Positions 49,222 to 62,390 of a stretch of 64,000 nt of DNA are shown here, piece after piece. A program made the translations under genes and the position numbers. The notes under the pieces are model-generated. The model did not search any database, had not been told where the DNA came from, and saw only the letters and a program-made list of their open reading frames with translations. The stretch is from Cetorhinus maximus. Taxonomy: Eukaryota. Location: NCBI RefSeq assembly GCF_964194155.1, contig NC_135879.1, forward strand, positions 84,444,001-84,508,000. Direction: 5' to 3'. Position 1 is the first letter of the stretch; the number at the start of each line of letters is the position of its first letter.

Positions 49222-51200
49222 AACACAAGAAGCAGGAGCAGGAGTAGACCATATGGCCCATCAAGCCTGCTCTGCCATTCAATACAATCATGGCTAATCG
49301 TGAGCTTCAACTCCATTTTCCTGCCTGTTTGCTATATCCCTTAATTCCCTGAGAGAACAAAAATCTATCTATCCCAGCCTTAAATGTATTTGACAATGGA
49401 GCATCCACAACTCTCTGGGCCAGAGAATTCCAAAGATTCATAACCCGTTGAGTGAAGAAATTTCTTTGCATCTCGATCCTAAATGATTGGCCCCTTATCC
49501 TGAGACACTGCCCCCGTGTTTTAGATTCCCCAACCAATGGAAACAATCTCTGTTTCTACCTTATCAAGAGCCTTCAGAACTTTGTAGGTTTCAATGAGAT
49601 TGCCTCCCATTCTTCTAAACTCCAGAGAACATAAGCCAATTTACTCAGCCATTCATCATAGGATGATCTCCCTCATCGGGGGAACCAATTTTTGCCTCCA
49701 ATGCGTGTAAATCCTTTCTTAAATGTGGAGACCAAAACTGCACACACTACTCCGGATGCAGTCTCACCAAAACCCTATACAACTGTAGCAAGACTTCTTT
49801 ATTCTTGTACTCAAGACCCCTTGTGATAAAGGGGAACAAGCCATTTGCCTTCTCAATTGTTTTTTCAACCTGCAGGCTAACTTTCTGCACTCCTTGTACA
49901 AGCACACCCAAGTCTCTTTGAACATCAACCCTTAGAAGTTTCGCACCTTTAAAAAAAAACGTTCTGCTTTTTCATTCTTATGACTTCACACTTCCCTATA
50001 TTAAACTACATCTGCCATCTTATTGCCCACTCACCTAACCTGTCCATATCTCTTTGTAGCCTCTCTGTGTTCACCCCCGCAGCTTACCTTCCCACCTAGT
50101 TTGGTATCATCAGCAAACTTTGATACATTACTCTCTGTCTCTTCATCTAAGTCATTAATATAGATTGTAAAGAGTTGAGGCCCCAGCATTGATTCTTGTG
50201 GCACTCCACTATTCACTGCCTGCCAAAGTGAAAAATGCCTCTTTATGCCCACTTTCTGTCTTCTATCATTAACCAATCCTCTCTCCTTGATAATGTATGA
50301 TCCCCAACTCCATGACCCCATATTTTGCCTATTAGCCTTTTGTGCGGCACCTTATCAAATGCCTTTTGGAAATCCAGGTATACTATATCTACTGGTTCTC
50401 CTTTATCTACCCTACTAGTATGTCCTTAAAAAACTCTTTGTTAAATAGGATTTCTCTTTAGTAAAAGCATGTTGACTTGTTCTAACCATACTATACTTTT
50501 CTAAGTGCATTGTTAAGACTTCCTTCATAATAGATTCCAGCATTGAACACAAGTTCAAGGTGAGGGGCAGGGGGTTTAGGGGGGATGTGAGGAAAATCTT
50601 TTTTACCCAGAGGGTGGTGATGGTCTGGAATGCGCTGCCTGGGAGAGTGGTGGAGGCGGGTTGCCTCACATCCTTTAAAAAGTACCTGGATGAGCACTTG
50701 GCACATCATAACATTCAAGACTATGAGCCAAGGGCTGGTAAATGGGATTAGGTAAGTAGGTCAGGTGTTTCTCACGTGTCGGTGCAGACTTGATGGGCCG
50801 AAGGGCCTCTTCTGCACTGTGTGATTCTATGATTCTGTGATTTTCCCAAGAACTGATGTTAAGCTAACTGGCCTGTTTTTCACTGTTTTCTCTTTCTCCC
50901 TCTTTACTTGAAAAGAGGTGTGACATTTGCCAACTTCCAATCTGGTAGGACCATTCCTGAATCTAAGGAATTTTGAAAAATCATACTAGCACATCCACTC
51001 TCTCTGCAACTATCTCTTTTTGAACCTTAGGCTGTAGGCCATCAGGTCTTGGGGATTTGTCACATTTTAGTCCCTAAAGTTTCTCCAATACTTTATCTCT
51101 GCTCATATTAATTTCCCTAATTTCTTCACTCTTTTTAGCCCCTAGGTGATTACTTATTTTGGTATGGAACTTGTGTCTTCTGCTGTGAAGGCAGACAAAG
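49222..51200 (-). mobile_element. CR1 LINE, 5'-truncated, degenerate
   Basis: 50031-50321 [21 protein letters not shown]; 49307-49546 C-terminus; 3'UTR ggagcaggagtagacc. Confidence 0.92.
50545..50839 (+). mobile_element. Young CR1 3' end nested in the opposite-strand CR1
   Basis: Near-identical to 45511-45798; tail gattctatgattctgtg; host sequence gattccagcatt|ttcccaag rejoins. Confidence 0.92.
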
Positions 51201-51324
51201 AAGAGAGGGACAAAGGTTTAGCTGTTAGCGGTGAGAGTTAGCAGAGACAGATGAATGGCAGCTTGAAGCGGCACCAGTTAATCATGCAGACTGTGAAAGA
51301 CAGAGTCAGCGAAGTGTCTCTTCT

Positions 51325-51872
51325 GATCTTCCCTCTGCCCATTAGTTCCAATGCAGCCTCTTCCAATAGGCACCGTATGTGTACCAATGCTGGCCCTCCT
51401 TTTTTCCTCTAGTCTTTGATATCCTGTGCCACTATGGGTACAAGAAGAATGGCAATGTGTTAATGTGTGACCTGCTGAAATGTTGTGAAGATGTAAGTGT
51501 CAGAGTTGAATAGTGTGAATGGTGCAAGAAAGGTAACAACAGGGAAGTGAGGGGAGTAATTGTGAAGACAGTAGCAGGTACAGAGTGTGCCAATAACAAC
51601 AGAGTGAAGGAGTAGAGTGAAGGGAATTGTGGCAGGGAGGGCCAAGTGGAGACTAAGTTATGTGAGTAGGGTCCTTACCTTAGAAGCTCTGGTCAGTTCA
51701 TTGATCTTCTTGTGTTACTACAGCCAAGTTCTGCCATGCTATGTCACCTCTGACCACTGTCAGGGTACTTGCTTCAGCAAAATTCTCCCATTGGCTGGAA
51801 TGAGCTGCTCCTGTTTCATGACAAATCTCCATAATGACTTCGTGAATGGTGTCTGAAAATCATGGCAACCTT
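51325..51872 (-). pseudogene. Third decayed Harbinger Myb/SANT-like gene, two exons
   Basis: Exon 1: LP*FSD...KQEQLIPANGR..QWSEVT*HGRTWL**HKKINELTRASK then GTAAG. Exon 2: AQDIKD*RKKGGPALVHIRCLLEEAALELMG. Confidence 0.6.
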
Positions 51873-52099
51873 GCAGAGCTAGCTGCTATCTGCAACAATA
51901 AATCGAAAGACTGATTCAAAACTACCAAAGCCAAAACAGCCCCTCTCCTTTAAAAGGTGCAGTGTGCCTTTAAAAGGTATCACTGCCAACTAGTTTCCTG
52001 CTCCAATCATAATTGAATAAGTCCAAAGCACCAATTTGGCTCAGGTCTTGTGCCAATGTCATCAGGGACCTAGAACAGCTGCTGTACACATCTTCAGCA

Positions 52100-52187
52100 T
52101 TGTTGCCCATCCTTAGTTGCCCTTGGGAAGGTGGTGTTGAGCTGCCTTCTTGAACCGCTGCAGCCCATGTGGTGTAGGTATTCTCCA
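52100..52187 (-). mobile_element. Short 3' tail fragment of the second LINE family
   Basis: tgcccatccttagttgcccttgggaaggtggtgttgagctgccttcttgaacc matches 55029-55105. Confidence 0.8.
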
Positions 52188-52206
52188 AGAACCAAAGTGA
52201 TTCTTA

Positions 52207-52906
52207 GGACTGCATCTTCCGGTCAGCGAGCCGGGGGGCGGGACCCACTCACCAACACGTAAAATGACGCGGGGTGACATCAGGCGGGCATCCTGATGTC
52301 ACCCCACGTAATATACGTTTTTAGGTCAGAGGCCGCACAGCTGACTTGGCTGCACGCCCGCCAATCTGTCAATGGCCACTTAAGGCCATTAATTAAGCAA
52401 TTGGATCAATCAATGGACCTGCCCATCCAACCTTAATGTTGGCGGGCAAGCTGTAAGGCCAGGCGGGCTTCCGAAAAAACATGAAACGTCGTCCATGGGC
52501 AGGATGAGGTTTCATGAGGGGATTGAAATTTGTATGAAAAGTCTAAATAAAAGAAATTGACATGTCCTAGCTCATGTGACAGTGGCACAGAGGGGACATG
52601 TCAGTAATTTTTTTATCATCTTTATTCAATGTTTCAAACCTGAGCCGATCTCCCTGAGGCAGCACTTAGCCTCAGGGAGATCTGTGCGCTCTTTTGCGCA
52701 CATGCGGGAAAGAGCGCACTCCCAGCTCAGGGAATCCCCCCCTCTCCGCCCACACAGGGAGCTCATAGCGCTTCCTGGTGGACGTCATGCTGGGTGGGCC
52801 TTAATTGGCCTGCCCACATAAAATGGCTGCGCACCCCCAAGCGGAGGGGCCGATCGGGAACCCGTCCACTCCCGGACAACCCCCCCGACAGGGGGAAATC
52901 CTGCCC
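52207..52906 (+). mobile_element. Multi-hairpin Harbinger-type MITE
   Basis: TSD TTA at 52204-52206 and 52907-52909; TIRs GGACTGCATCTTCC / GGAAATCCTGCCC. Confidence 0.9.
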
Positions 52907-54234
52907 TTAGTTCCTGAGGGGTTGCTTCCTTCATTTTGCTTTCTCGGCTGGGTAACTTCTAAACCCCAAAATGATTTTTACGGTGAGGGTCACTCTGAAA
53001 AATCAGCCCTCTAGCCAAAGCTAGGCAAATCTTCCAGCCTCATTTAAACTTCTCAAACTCGGCCTCTTCAATGCAAGCACGGCCCCCACCCGCATCCTAA
53101 ATGGTGAACAATAGAGATGGCTGCCTCTATCTCTCAGCTCTTTCTCTCTCTCGCCCTCTCTTTCGGATTCTCACAGACTGAGACTGGCTGTGACGATCAG
53201 TGATATTTTAAGAAAACCCCCTGTAAATTGATCCAACAATGGCCTTCTATGGAGTCTCTCCCTCTCAAAGCCCATCTCCTTGGCAGCATGATTCACATAG
53301 GCCTTGTATACATGCAGAACACCTTATTCGCTATGCTTTAGACTCCCAGCTTCATTCTATCTTGAAACTAAATAAGCAGCTTAAAGTATAACAGTTCATA
53401 AAACCATCATTCCTAACAACCCCCTGGAATTTTGGAGACTGGCAGTCTACCCATCATCATCACAGATGGTTTGTTTATTAGTTAGAGATGTGAACACACC
53501 TTGAACCTTCTTTCCAGTAAAACAAACTGGTTTCCCCTTTAACCTTTAATACCCAAGCCATCTAGGCTTGGTGTCAGCAGGATTCAGAACAGGTCACATG
53601 ACACCCTTAACACTACATGAAAGACATAGTCCTGAAATACTTATAAAACCTCATATTTGTAACATCAGTGGAGTTCAAAGTTCGCATAAAAATTGTTTTT
53701 TTTTGTTTAAGTCCTAACCTCGATTTTCAGTTAAAGAATTTTGGCCTTTTTCACATAGACACTGATTAGTTGGAATATTGAGTGTCTTTGAGGATGCACT
53801 AATTGAAGTTTTGTCAATTCATCTTCCTGCTTGCCAACCTTCTTCTCAAAATCTTCTAAAATGCATTATGTGGTGTTCTAAAACTTAAAAAATATAGACG
53901 AAGGATGCTTGACCTTAAATAGCTTAGGCTCCTAAAATTGAACAACAACTCAGGCAATTGGACAGACCATACTCATTGAATTCATTGTTTTCAGTCATTT
54001 TACGAGGTGATATGCTAATAAAGAGACATCCATGAAATTGTACATGCCAGAATTATTCAGACTTGGGCAGCATTTTACTGATCCTTCTGGTTTGTTTCAA
54101 GCACATTACTGTATTACTTCACTGTGTTATTGGTGATAAGACACAAGAGAATAAACCTCTTTTGTTTGGCTTCATAGAGCAAGATAGATATATGAAACTA
54201 TCTATTGTATATGAGAAAAAGAACAAATCTCTTA

Positions 54235-54891
54235 GGGCAGGATCTTCCGGTTGGCGAGCAGGCTCCGCCCCGCTTACCGATGTGTAAAATGACGCAAGAT
54301 GACATAGGGCGGAACACCCGACGTCACCCGACTTCATTTCCATTTTCAGGTCGGCGGGGGCACAGCCGAGTCAGCTGCACGCCCGCCAACCTGTCAGCGG
54401 CCTATTGAGGCCATTGAAAAACTAATTAAGATCATTAATGGACCTGCCCTCCCAACCTTAAGGTTGTCAGGCAGGCCGGGAGCCCTGGCGATCTTTGGAA
54501 AAAGCATGAAACCTCACCAACAGGCAGGATGAGGTTTCATGAGGGTGTTTAGATTTTTATCAAATCTTTCAGTGAAAATGGTAGACATGTCCCAATTCAT
54601 GTGACAGTGTCACATGAGGGGACGTCAGGGAAACTTTTTTATCATTTTGATTAAAAATTTTAATTCCGAGCCGATCTCCCTGAGGCAGCACTTAACCTCA
54701 GGGAGATCTGTGCGCTCTTTCGTGCGCATGTGTGAAAGAGTGCAACCCCGGCTGACGGAATTGCCCCCCCCACTTAATTGGCCCTTGTAAAATGGCGTCG
54801 CACCCTCGGTCGGTGGGGTGCTGATCGAAGGCGCGTCCACCAGCGCCCGCTCCTGCACCTCCCCCGCCTCAATGGGGGGGAAATTTTTCCC
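54235..54891 (+). mobile_element. Multi-hairpin Harbinger-type MITE
   Basis: TSD TTA at 54232-54234 and 54892-54894; TIRs GGGCAGGATCTTCC / GGAAATTTTTCCC. Confidence 0.9.
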
Positions 54892-54983
54892 TTAGTTTTG
54901 TTAAGTAAATATAGCACTGTAGTAGTATAATCATTTATTGATTTCAGTAGCAGAAGCCAAAATTCTTTTGTTTCAGTTTTTTT

Positions 54984-57120
54984 TTATTCATTCAAGGGAT
55001 GAGCGTCACTGTCTAGGCCAGCATTTATTGCCCATTCCTAACTGCCCTTGAGAAGGTGGTGGTGAGCTGCCTTCTTGAACTGCAGCAGTCCATGTGGTGT
55101 AGGTATACCCACAGTGCTGTTAGGGAGGGAGTTCTAGGATATTGACCCAGGGACACTGAAGGAACGGTGATACATTCCCAAGTCAGGATGGTGAGTGACT
55201 TGGAGGGGAACTTCCAGGTGGTGGTGCTGCCCTTGTCCTTCTAGATGGTAGTGATTGTGGGTTTGGAAAGTGCTGTCAAAGGAGCCTTGGTGAGTTTCTG
55301 CAGTGCATCCTGTAGATGGTACACACTGCTGCTACTGTGCGTCGATGGTGCAGGGAGTGAATGTGTTTGGATGGGGTGCCAATCAAGCGATTTGCTTTGT
55401 CCTAGATGGTGTCAAGCTTCTTGAGTGTTGTTGGAGCTGCACTCATCTAGGCAAGTGGGGAGTATTCCATCACACTCCTGACTTATGCCTGGTGGATTGT
55501 GGGGAGACTTTGGGGAGTCAGGAGATGAGTTACTCGTCGCAGGATTCCAAGCCTCTGACCTGCTCTTGTAGCCACAGTGTTTATATGGCTAGTCCAGTTC
55601 AGTTTTTGGTCAATGGTAACCCTCAGGATGTTGATAGTGGGAGATTCAGTGATGGTAATGCCATTGAATGTCAAGGGGTGATGGTTAGATTCTCTCTTGT
55701 CGATGATAGTCATTGCCTGGCACTTGTGTGGCATGAATGTAACATGCCACTTGTCAGCCCAAGGCTGGATATTGTCCAGAGTTTTCTGCATTTGGACATG
55801 GACTGCTTCAGTATCTGAGGAGTCACAAATGGTGCTGAACATTGTGCAATCATCAGCAAACACCCCCACCTCTGACCTTATGTTGGAGCGGAGGTCATTG
55901 ATGAACCAGTTGAAGATGGTTGGGCCTAGGACACTACCCTGAGGAACTCCTATTGTGATGTCCTGGAGCTGAGACAACTGACCTCTAACAAACACAATCA
56001 TCTTCCATTGTGCTAGGTATGACTCCAACCAGCGGAATCCCATTGACTCCAGTTTTGTTAGGGCTCCTTGTTGCCACACTTGGTCAAATGTGGCCTTGTT
56101 GTCAAGGGCAGTCACTCTCATCTCACCTTTGGAGTTCAGCTCTTTCGTCCATGTTTGAACCAAGGCTGTAATGAGGTCAGGAGCTAAGTGGTTCTGGCGG
56201 AATCCAAACTGAGCATCAGTGAGCAGATTATTGCTAAGCAAGTGCCACTTGATAGCGCTGTTCATGACGCCTTCCGTCACTTTGCTGATGACCGAGAATG
56301 GACCGATGGGGTAGTAATTGGCCAAGTTGGATTTGTCCTGATTTTTGTGTACAGGATATATCTGGGCAATTTTCCACATTGCCGGGCAGATGCCAGTATT
56401 GTAGCTGCACTGGAACAGCTTGACTAGGGGTACGGCAAGTTCTGGAGTACAAGTCTTCAATACTATTGCTGGAATATTGTCAGGGCCCATAGCTTTTGCA
56501 GTATCCAATGCCTTCAGCCATTTCTTGATATCACGTGGAGTGAATCGAATTGGCTGAAGACTGGCAACTGTGATGCTAGGGACCTCTGGAGGAGGCCGAG
56601 ATGGACCATCTACTTGTCAATTCTGGCTGAAGATTGTTGCAAATGCTTCAGCCTTATCTTTTGCACTGCTGTGATGGGCATTGAGGATGGGGATATTTGT
56701 GGAGCCTCCTCCTCCAGTGAGTTGTTTAATTGTTCACCACCATTCACGGTTGGATGTGGCAGGACTGCATAATTTAGACCTAATTCTTGGTTGTGGGATC
56801 ACTTAGCTTACCTATGACTTGCTGCTTTTGCTGTTTGGCATGCAAGTAATCCTGTGTTGTAGCTTCACCAGGTTGACACCTCATTTGTAGGTATCCCTGG
56901 TGTTGCCCTGGCATGCCCTCCTGCACTCTTCATTGAACCAGGGTTGATCCCCTGGCTTGATGGTAATGGTACAATGGGGGATATGCCGGGCCATGAGGTT
57001 ACAGGTTGTGGTTGAGTACAATTCTGCTGCTGCTGATGGACCACAGCACCTCATGGTTGCCCAGTCTTGAGTTGTTAGATCTTTTCGAAATATATCTCAT
57101 TTAGCACGGTGGTAGTGCCG
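54984..57120 (-). mobile_element. LINE of second family (CR1/L2 group), 5'-truncated; 341-codon RT frame at 55483-56508
   Basis: KAMGPDNIP, QFGFRQ, GVPQGSVLGP, FADD; flanks CAGTTTTTTT (54974) and CAGTTATTTT (57121) are the probable TSD. Confidence 0.92.
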
Positions 57121-58281
57121 CAGTTATTTTCTTGTTCAGCATTCTGCACTCTGTCCTGTTGCCATCATTTGGCATTTTAAAAAGCTTGAATTTTACAATC
57201 CAAAGCAAAGATTGAAATCCAAAATCTGACTGATTGCAAAAGTTTATTCCAGCATCTATTTGGCACAAGTCCACTAGACTAAATCACCAATATTTATTGT
57301 TATCAAGTGAAGTAGCAGTTTAGTTTTAATTTAAAAAAAGGAAATATAACAATATTACACTTTGTTCTATCTGCAGTCACAGCAGCAGACATCAATACAG
57401 TGGGGTAACAGTTAGTCGTCATTGCCCGGGCAGTAAATTGGCAGAGTGTAACATCGATAGAGTGAGGCAAAGCATCTTTTAGAGGCTTTGCCTTGAAAAA
57501 TATCTGAGCTAAATAAATTAATCAATTTAGCTGTATCCAACTTGATCAATTTAATTGAAAGTTTCAGACTGAAGTTTGACTGCACCACTGATCTAACAGC
57601 AGCTGTAGATCAGAATTACATAGTGAGCTGTGCCTGGTCATGTCTTATATTCTGCGCATGCAGAGCCCCAATCCCTTGCAGCATGCACTTTCACATAACA
57701 ACAGAGGATTCAATGTTATAAAATGCTCAGGGGATCGAGCTGTGCTTGAATGTTTTTGAAACCCAGCTTTGCAACATTACATTATTCGAAATCCAAGTGA
57801 AGTGAGGTGCCCTCTGAAGGGAGAGGCACTGCCTTGGATGTAACCGAGGAGTCACATCAGAACCTGATTCCCAACAATTGCTACCACTTCCTTACTGATG
57901 TGCATTGGAAATGGTTTCACATTTTGGCACCACAAGTATAATTGCAGCCTAAGATTTTAATAAGAAGTGTGGTAGCTAATAATTTCAAAATCAGCTTGTA
58001 CATACATCCATCCAGATTTTTATACTCTTTTTTTACAGCTGTAATAAAGAAATACAACCGTTCACCCATTCCACATCACAGTGCGCAGACGATTCATTTA
58101 AGTGCACAGGCCCTTGAATTTATTTTTGCACAGTTGCACAGGTGCAGTAATTTAAAAGGGAACTTTTCAGGCTGCTATATAGCCATGTGACTCTGCAGCT
58201 TAGAGGGAATATTGCTCCCCAGCTGTCCAGGATACATCGATGATCCTGGCCCCACAGTCTGGGACTGGATCTGCATCCATC

Positions 58282-58832
58282 AACAACGATAACTTCTATT
58301 TATGTAGAACCTTTAATGTAGTAAACAGGGGATCCATCAAACAAAATCTGACACCAAGCTACATAGGAAATATTGGGCCAGATGACAAAAAGCTTGGTCA
58401 AAGAGTTAGGTTTTTAAAGATCATCTTATAGGAAGAAAGAGTGGTCGAGAGGTAGAAAAGTTTAGAAAGGGAATTTTGGAGCATAGCACCTCAGCAGCTG
58501 AAGACACGGCTGCCAATGGCAGACCAATTAAAATCAGGATGCACAAGAGGCTAAAATTGGAGGATTGCAGATATCTCGGTGGGCACTCGAAATCGAGAAC
58601 ATTACAAAGATAGGGAGAGTAGGGTCATGGGGAAAATTGAAAGCAAGGATGCTAATGTTAAAATAGAGGCATTGCTCAACCAGGAGCCAATGTAGGACAT
58701 GTGAGCACAGGGGTGACAGGTCAACATCTTGGTGTGAGTTAGGATAGGCAGCAGAGTTTTGGTTGAGCTCAAGTTTATGGAAGGTGGAAGATGAGAGACC
58801 AGCTGGGAGTAGTCCATCAGCAGCCAAATGTT
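58282..58832 (-). mobile_element. L2-type LINE 3' remnant
   Basis: ORF 58534-58827 KLELNQNSAA...LHWLLVEQ..F resembles the L2 C-terminus (QNSAAR..LHWLP); tail aacttctatttatgtag. Confidence 0.75.
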
Positions 58833-60571
58833 CCTAATCTGACACACTTCTGCCAGTGGAGATAGGTGTCAAGAATTTCAATCACAACTTTGGAACCAAA
58901 ACTTGTTCGCTATTTAATATCTCACTCATTTTTATTGATGTATTAGTAGTAAATACTTGCTGTACCATATGTAGATCTAACTTTTACATTTCCCATACAT
59001 ATCTGACTTTTAATACCCCTACAACAGTATTAAGCATCAATGGCAATTATAATAATGTGTAAGATTGAACAGCTCCTCTGCATGAATGCTTTTAGGGATT
59101 CCATTAAACTGATAATGAAAAATTCCAGATCCTATTTCTATTTGCTCACAGGGTATAAAACTAGAGTAAGAATGTGTTACATTTGCTGAGAGAAGGAAAT
59201 AGGTTTGAGATTGGGATAGGATAAGAAGTAAATAGCTCCCTGTCCTTGTGGGGTAAGATATGATCCTGTCACACATCCTTCAAATTAAATTGGTGTTCAC
59301 TGATCCATTTCATAAAGCCTCTCCCTTTGATCATTTCTCAGAATACTGTGAAGTTCTCAATTAAAAAGGAAATGGTTAACTCATCTTTCCAAGAGATGAC
59401 TGACATGATTAAACAGTCTATGAAATTTACATATGAATTTTCTGGGGAGGATTTTGAGATAGTGGATTGGTTGCCATTTTGAAGGACATTGGCTGTGCCT
59501 TAAGGTGTTAGCTAATATGGTAATGAGTTTAATATTACTGACCACAGTAAAAGGTGTCTGCTGCATTTCTATGTTTAAAATATTTCATTGCACTGCTCAT
59601 AGACGTATGAGAGAATGCTTCTGAGGTTAAGGAATATGAATGCATATTAGTGGTGACACATTTCTGAATGTCAGCAAAAACTTTTATGGTGCTGACATTG
59701 AAACTATATTTTTAAGAATACACATTATGAAAACAAACTTTAAAAGTTCCATTTTACATGGAAAGCCCTGCTTCATCAAAAATTCAAACTGGGACCTTTG
59801 AGTTAATTCATATGATGGTTCTACTTTTGATTGATTATCATATTAGCATCACTTACTCTTTGCACAAATTTATGAAAAGGATGGAGCTCCCAACTACTGA
59901 ATGTTTTTTTTAACAAAACAAAGCTTCAAAGTGTACTTGCAAAATTCAGATGCCTAAGAAAAGGTAAAGCGGAGGAGCCCACAAAAGTAGAAAAAAATTT
60001 AAATTGTGGTGGATTTTTTCAAACATATAAACTATTTCATAGCTGCTTATTATTCAGCTGGTTTACACTGAGGATAACTATTATAGACTATGCACAGTCC
60101 ACAAACCCAGATTAGCTTATTTACAAGCACGCCAAGTGCGCTGAGCCATACCAGTAGTCAGGGTTGTCCTTGTACAGATAAAATTTAAATAAAGTTTTCT
60201 AGTAGACGCAGAAGTTCGTGTGGTATCTAAAAGCCTTGAATGTATAAAGATTTTTTTTATTTTTCTTTAAGATTCTCTTAATAAGATAGCTGCAGAATTG
60301 AAAGCTTTTTACAATGTGTGTGTGTTTATTTTTAAGCTGCTTGTTGACATTTTTAATTGGAATTCAAATTAAAAATAAAGTTATTGCACCAGCTGGCTGA
60401 TGATGATCATACGATTACAGCCAAGCATAACTGCGTGATCAGCATTGTGCAGTTGCTGCATCTGTTACTAAGCATGACAGCACACTTGCCCAGACCAAAG
60501 GACTCTTTGTAGATATAAAAATTAAATTAGAGGAGCCACCATAAACCATGTTGTTTCACAATAATGTAATA

Positions 60572-61300
60572 GGAAGAGTAGAAAAGCAGAATATTTTTTA
60601 AATGGAGAGAGACTGCAGAATGCTGCAAAATAGAGGTATCTAGGTGTCCTCGTATATGAATCACAGGAGTTAGCATGTAGGTACAGCAAGTATTAGGCAA
60701 AATGAATTTGGCCTTCATTCAAGTGTAAATGTAAGGATCTTACTACTACAGCTGTACAGGGCATTTGTGAAACCACAGTTTTTGTGAATAGGAGGGACAC
60801 ATTTACATCGGAAGCAGTTCAGAAAAGGTTCACTCAGCTGATTCCTGGGATGAAGGGGTTGTCTTATGACAAAAGGTTGGGCAGCTTGGGCCTATACTCA
60901 TTCGGTGATCTTATTGAAACATAAGATTCTGAGGGGGCTTGACAGGATAGATGCTGGGAGAATGTTTCCTGTCATGGGGGAATCTGGAACTTGGGGGGTG
61001 GGGGGTACAGTTTAGAAATAAGGGATCTCCCATTTAAGATGGAGGGCAAGAGGAATTTCTTCTGTCAGAGGTTTTAAGTCTTTGGAATTAGCTTCCACAG
61101 AGAGCATGGAGGCTGGGCCATTGAATATATTCAACGCTGAGTTAGACAGATTTTTGATCAACGAAGAAGTTGAGGGTTATGGGGGCAGGCAGGAAAGTGG
61201 ACTTCAGGCCACAATAAGATCAGCCATCATCTTATTGAATGGAGGAGCAGAATTGATGGGCCAAATGGCCTACTCCTGCTCCTAATTCTTACCATCTTAT
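60572..61300 (+). mobile_element. CR1 LINE 3' fragment
   Basis: gttcagaaaaggttcactcagctgattcctgggatg; 3'UTR gatgggccaaatggcctactcctgctcctaa. Confidence 0.88.
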
Positions 61301-62390
61301 ACTATCTACACAAGGCATTGTTCAGGCTTCACCGCTTTGACTAGAATTTGACGCAAGATTAAGTCGCACCTTATCATTGAGTTTTGTTTCGTAAGAAATC
61401 AAAGTAGATATTTTAAAATATTTCATCTGCTTGGAAAGTATTTTTTCTAGACAAGATTGATTTGCAGGAACAATCCATTTTGTTCCCTGATGTGAGGTAT
61501 TTGTATTATAACAGATTCCTTTAATTGTCACAGCACTCGTTCTTGCATTCTAATTAATTTAAGGCAATTTAAACATTCATTTGATGCACTGGATCAGTCA
61601 TTAAGGATGAGTGGGGATAATTTTCAGTTTCTCTGAGGGTGGAAAAGTGATTTAATAACAGGACCAATTTTTAGTGCAATAGTTGTTTCTCTTCTGGAGT
61701 GTCCCAGGCCATCCAAACACAGGCCAGAAAACTACACTGGCCACATTTCCACTCTTCCACGGTATTAATGGCAGCTTCTTGCTGGCTTCCAGTACATCCA
61801 GGAGAAAGGAGGCAGAGCAAAACATGACTTCTCGTGGAAGATGTTACCCTGCCAGTCCTGTCTCTTTTGTGGCATCAAGCTCCTATGACAAAGGTACCAA
61901 GTCCATCTGCCCACTACAAACCACCTCTGCCCCACTTCCACCACTGGAAAAAAATTTTGTCTCTTGTTACATTTTTAGCTCATGCTTGCTTCAGTTCATC
62001 CACCAAGAAAATCTAGGCCCTGAGGAAATTTGGGACTATATGCATTGTTCCTCATTCAATCCAGAATCCAGAAGTTACATCTGTTCATAGTGAGCCAACG
62101 GAAGGGCCTCCCATCTGATTTTCCTCCCGAACCCACACAATGACCACAGTGATAAATGTTTATCTGTCAGTTCCACTGCAGTCCACTAGCTGGCTCTACA
62201 CAACTTAACATTTTGCAAAGAACTTCCAGCAATGATATGGGCAACTACCTGCATGGCCCATAGCAGCTTTGTTTCTTGATACCATCGAAGAACAACGTGA
62301 CGGTCATGGCCTATGTGTCTGCCTGCCCCTGGGGGATCAATGTAGTCTGCATAGCACCAAGGTGCTAAGCGAATGAATTTCTCTGCCATT

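Noticed and set aside
60395-60480. C/D box snoRNA (TGATGA)
   Set aside because: No suitably placed D box (CTGA) or terminal stem.
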